Shown: positions 60,570-64,000 of the stretch, in pieces
Position numbering within the stretch: position 1 is the first letter of the stretch
Layout: every line of letters starts with the position of its first letter
Made by a program: the position numbers and the translations under genes
Assembly: GCA_965215005.1 (NCBI GenBank)
Contig: CBDCCZ010000061.1
Location: 1 to 64,000, forward strand
Direction of reading: 5' to 3'
DNA from: Kofleriaceae bacterium
GTDB taxonomy: Bacteria; Myxococcota_A; Polyangia; Haliangiales; Haliangiaceae
Length of the DNA: 64,000 nt
The notes under the pieces: generated by a model
The model's input: only the letters and a program-made list of their open reading frames with translations
Database searches by the model: none
What the model was told of the DNA's origin: nothing

Positions 60570-60660
60570 AGGGAGGCGGCTTTGGGATTTGTTGCTTGCA
60601 CCGAGAAAGTGGTTCGAGATAAGACGCCACAACATCGATCCGCCGGGGGGCCGCCACGTG

Positions 60661-61083
60661 ATGGGCGCTGATTTCGACGATGAAGAACGAGCGCGCGAAC
60701 GCGCACGAGACCGACGCGCCGCGCCGCGCGTGCTGATTCACCTGGAGGTGGATTACGGCAGCGAAGAGACGTTCCTCTTCGCGTACATCACGGATATCAG
60801 CGCTACCGGTATCTTCGTGCGCACGAACACGCCGGAGCCGCCTGGCACGCACTTGCAAGTCCGGTTCTCGCCCAAGGACTCGCAGCCGCCGCTCGAGCTC
60901 GAGGGCGAGGTCATCTGGATCAACCCGTACCGTCCCGGGCGACGCGACAACCTCAACCCGGGGATGGGAATTCGCTTCGAGAGCCTCACCGGCGATGCTC
61001 GCTCGCGACTGATCGCTCTCGTCAAACGCTTCGCGTATCTCGACGGTCCTGAGCAAGACGCGGCTGCGGAACCTTCGAAATAG
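60661..61083 (+). CDS. PilZ-like (TIGR02266-type) protein
   Basis: DRRAAPR, DISATGIFVRT, GEVIW and PGMGIRF. Confidence 0.88.
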   Translation: MGADFDDEERARERARDRRAAPRVLIHLEVDYGSEETFLFAYITDISATGIFVRTNTPEPPGTHLQVRFSPKDSQPPLELEGEVIWINPYRPGRRDNLNPGMGIRFESLTGDARSRLIALVKRFAYLDGPEQDAAAEPSK

Positions 61084-61278
61084 CGAACGGCTGCTCCTTA
61101 GGAGGCGCGCAGGAATAAATGGTCAGAAGATCGGCGTCTGTGCGCCGGGCTGACAAGGCGCTCTGATGGAGTTGGGTCATCCCCAACGACCGAAGAGCAA
61201 CGCCGCCAGCACGGATGCACAGTCGCCTAGAACGGACCATTTATTTTGGAGCGCCGACCTAGAACAGCGCAGGTGGGC

Positions 61279-61500
61279 TCATCGCTCGTCGACGTCGGTG
61301 AAATGCGCGCCGTCGCCGAAGCCTTCGTAGTCGAGCTCGGTCTCGGGGATGCGATACTCGCCGGCAAGCCAGCGGCTCAGGTCGACCATCTGGCAGCGCT
61401 CGGAGCAAAACGGAAACACGCGGTTGTCCGCGCGCGGCGGGCGCGCGTGGCCACAGATGGGGCAGAAGCCCTCGCCCTCAGTCTTTGCGGGTGAGCCCAT
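61279..61500 (-). CDS. yacG: DNA gyrase inhibitor
   Basis: CPICG...[17 protein letters not shown]...YRIP. Confidence 0.9.
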   Translation of the reverse strand: MGSPAKTEGEGFCPICGHARPPRADNRVFPFCSERCQMVDLSRWLAGEYRIPETELDYEGFGDGAHFTDVDER

Positions 61501-63085
61501 AGCGATTCACCTTCTGTAACAGATTCGATCGACTCACGCCGAGCTCCCGCGCGAGCGCGGTGGTGTTGCCCCGCGTGCGCGTCAGCCCTTTGGCAATGAC
61601 CTCCGCCTCCACGCTCTCCACCATGGCGCGCAGGGAACCCTTGCGAAGCGTCGGACGCGTTGGCGCCGCCACCGGAGTGGCCGCTTTGGCCGAGCGGATG
61701 CGCGGCGATAACAGCTCGGGGCCGACTCGCGTGTCGCTCCCCGACAGCACCATTAGCCGTTCAATCTCGTTTTCCAGCTCACGGATGTTGCCGGGCCAGC
61801 CGTAGCGCGCCAGCGCTTCCATGGCCGCCGGCGTGAGCTCGGGAATCTCACTCTTGCCGCTGCCGTGCTTGCGCAGAAAGTGCGTCACCAACATCGGCAG
61901 ATCCTCGAGCCGCTCTCGCAGCGCCGGCATAGTCACTTTGAGAACATTCACCCGATAGAAGAGGTCTTCGCGGAACTGGTTTTTCTCGACCAACGTCGCC
62001 AGGTCTTTGTGGCTCGCCGCGATGATGCGCACGTCGACGCGAACCTCTTTGTTCGCGCCTACCGGCGTCAACGTTCCCTCTTGCAACACCCGCAACAACT
62101 TGACCTGCAACGCGGGCGACATATCGCCGATTTCATCGAGGAAGAATGTGCCGCCATCGGCGACCTCGAACAGGCCCTTCTGATCCTTGACGGCTCCGGT
62201 AAACGAGCCGCGCACGTGGCCGAACAACGCGCTCTCGAGCAGGTTGTCGTTGAACGCCGAGCAGTTCTGCACCACGAACGCCTTCTTAGCGCGCGGACCA
62301 TGGAAATGAATCGCGCGGGCCACCAGCTCCTTGCCAGTGCCGCTCTCGCCCTGAATGAGCACCGTCGACTCCGAGCGCGCGATCTTCTCCAGCAGCGCCA
62401 ACGCCTCGCGCATCGCCGGCGCATCCCCGATGAGCTCGCTAAAGGCGTCGGCCCTTGCCACCGGCTGCGCCGAGGTGCATGCGCGCGCTTGCAGGAAGTG
62501 ACCGAGATCGGCGGCGGCGTACTCGATCAGGCCGCCAGCGATTTCGAGCTCGCGCTCATTCATCCGCGGCACCTCGCTCCACCGCTGCCGATCCTCGGCA
62601 GCCTCTGCTTCGCGTTCGACGGAGTCGTCCTCGCTCGAGCCTGCGCCGAGCTGCCGCACCCCTCGCAACGCCGCGCGCTCATCGCCAGCATCGAGCTCGC
62701 GATGCAAGCTGCCACGCAAGTACAAGAAGCCCACCAGCTCCTGGCCCACCACCACCGGCGCCGAAATCATGTCGAAGCCGAGATGACACGAGTCTACCCG
62801 CCATCCTTCGCGGCTGCGGTGATTGACGCCGAGCTGCGCCAAGCTTTGGGCGCAGCGGGCAGCGCCTTCTTCCGACGCGAGCGCGAGTCGACACAGCTCG
62901 TTGTCGGCCACCGCGAGCCCGCCCTCAGCGTGCTCTGCCGCGTTGCCCGCTGCATCTGCAAGGCCAAGCTCGAGGCCCCACCACTGTCGAGCCAACGTTT
63001 GCACCAAACGCAGGGAATGCAGTTGATCGAAATCGAGATTCAAACGCTCGTCCACGAGGTCCACCGACACCAAAGTGTCGGCCAC
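61478..63085 (-). CDS. sigma54-dependent transcriptional activator with N-terminal PocR-like sensor domain
   Basis: [46 protein letters not shown] and Fis HTH; N-terminal C...RC...CHLG...API-like pattern. Confidence 0.9.
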   Translation of the reverse strand: MADTLVSVDLVDERLNLDFDQLHSLRLVQTLARQWWGLELGLADAAGNAAEHAEGGLAVADNELCRLALASEEGAARCAQSLAQLGVNHRSREGWRVDSCHLGFDMISAPVVVGQELVGFLYLRGSLHRELDAGDERAALRGVRQLGAGSSEDDSVEREAEAAEDRQRWSEVPRMNERELEIAGGLIEYAAADLGHFLQARACTSAQPVARADAFSELIGDAPAMREALALLEKIARSESTVLIQGESGTGKELVARAIHFHGPRAKKAFVVQNCSAFNDNLLESALFGHVRGSFTGAVKDQKGLFEVADGGTFFLDEIGDMSPALQVKLLRVLQEGTLTPVGANKEVRVDVRIIAASHKDLATLVEKNQFREDLFYRVNVLKVTMPALRERLEDLPMLVTHFLRKHGSGKSEIPELTPAAMEALARYGWPGNIRELENEIERLMVLSGSDTRVGPELLSPRIRSAKAATPVAAPTRPTLRKGSLRAMVESVEAEVIAKGLTRTRGNTTALARELGVSRSNLLQKVNRYGLTRKD

Positions 63086-63126
63086 TATACCCGACGACTA
63101 ACGACATGCCGCTCACCCTCAGCGCT

Positions 63127-63999
63127 TCACGGCACGTCCCGCCACTGCTCGCCCTCGCGACGCGCTCGGCCATCACGCTCGAGCTTGATGAGATGCGCGA
63201 TGAGCGAGCGCTCCGCCAGCGGCCAGACCGCGGCAGGAACATCGGCATAGGCGACTGCGACCAACTCACGCGGCGTTGCCGGAGATTTGCGCAGTGCCTC
63301 CGCAACGCGCTCCTCGCGCCACAACCGATGGCCCAGATACAGCTCGAGCTTGACCAGCGGATCCGCAATTACGTCGCCATGGGCGGGAATCAGTGCGGTT
63401 GGCGACAACGCGGCGAGCGCGCGAAGCGAAGCGAGGTAGTGGGTCATATCGCCTTCACTGGGCTCGATCACGATGGTGCCGACGCTGGCGACCATATCGC
63501 CGGCGATCGCAATGCCCGTGTACTCTTCCAGAAAGCAGAGATGCCCCGGCGCGTGCCCCGGGGTGTAGACGCAGCGCAGCCGTCGCGGCGGCTCGCCGGC
63601 GAGCTCCACGACCTCGCCATCGTCGAGATGCCGCTCGATCGGCACCCGCCCCCGAAGCAGCCGCGCGGTTTCGCGATGCGCCGCAATGGGCACCTTGAGC
63701 CGCGCTGCCAGCTCTCGCGCCCCGCCGACATGGTCGCCGTGATGATGCGTGAGCCAAATTCCCACCACCCGCCGACGCGGGCCTAGCGCGTCGAGCACGG
63801 CATCGAGCGCGGCGCGCTCGGCCTGGTACGGCGAGCCGGGATCAATCACCAACACCTCAGCGTCACCAACCAGCACCGCATTGGTGTGCGTCGCCGGCGG
63901 CAACGTCGGCGTGCGCAACGGGCACACCGCGATCGCCTCGGCCACGTCCCACCATCGCTCCGTCGCCAGCCGGGTCAAGGCCTCGGCAAGGCGGCTTGT
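63127..63999 (-). CDS. MBL-fold hydrolase (LACTB2-like, C-terminal winged helix); probably 5' truncated
   Basis: TPTLPPATHTN, THHHGDHVGG, TPGHAPGH, GD and PAHG; frame stays open to the window edge. Confidence 0.85.
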   Translation of the reverse strand, partial: TSRLAEALTRLATERWWDVAEAIAVCPLRTPTLPPATHTNAVLVGDAEVLVIDPGSPYQAERAALDAVLDALGPRRRVVGIWLTHHHGDHVGGARELAARLKVPIAAHRETARLLRGRVPIERHLDDGEVVELAGEPPRRLRCVYTPGHAPGHLCFLEEYTGIAIAGDMVASVGTIVIEPSEGDMTHYLASLRALAALSPTALIPAHGDVIADPLVKLELYLGHRLWREERVAEALRKSPATPRELVAVAYADVPAAVWPLAERSLIAHLIKLERDGRARREGEQWRDVP

Positions 64000-64000
64000 C

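Overview
GC-rich (roughly 65-70% by eye) bacterial chromosome segment, most likely Myxococcota. The assignment is an inference from several PilZ/TIGR02266-type proteins, a PEGA protein, a Hanks-type kinase and the prs-rplY-pth-rpsF-rpsR-rplI-dnaB order. Most of the window is housekeeping: a menaquinone operon (menF'-menD-menA-menC-menE), hemH, ribosomal/replication genes, nucleoside salvage (deoC-pdp-punA-deaminase), xdhC/mocA, rnhA, surface-glycan genes and yacG. The best candidate for an undescribed system is a translationally coupled four-gene c-type cytochrome operon at 17277-20498. It encodes a Cyc2-like cytochrome-porin fusion plus three heme-c lipoproteins, one of them P460-like with the cross-link Lys retained. 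Other notable items: a lower-GC M16B peptidase island flanked by mirror-image codon skews; a TPM + double Tim44/Zn-ribbon pair; a GluR0-like channel; an internally deleted M13 peptidase; a palindromic 26/27-bp tandem repeat; an orphan excisionase-like HTH gene; and two single-base frameshifts that may be sequencing errors. No rRNA, tRNA, CRISPR array, integrase or transposase was recognised. All calls come from reading motifs by eye; no database searches were run.
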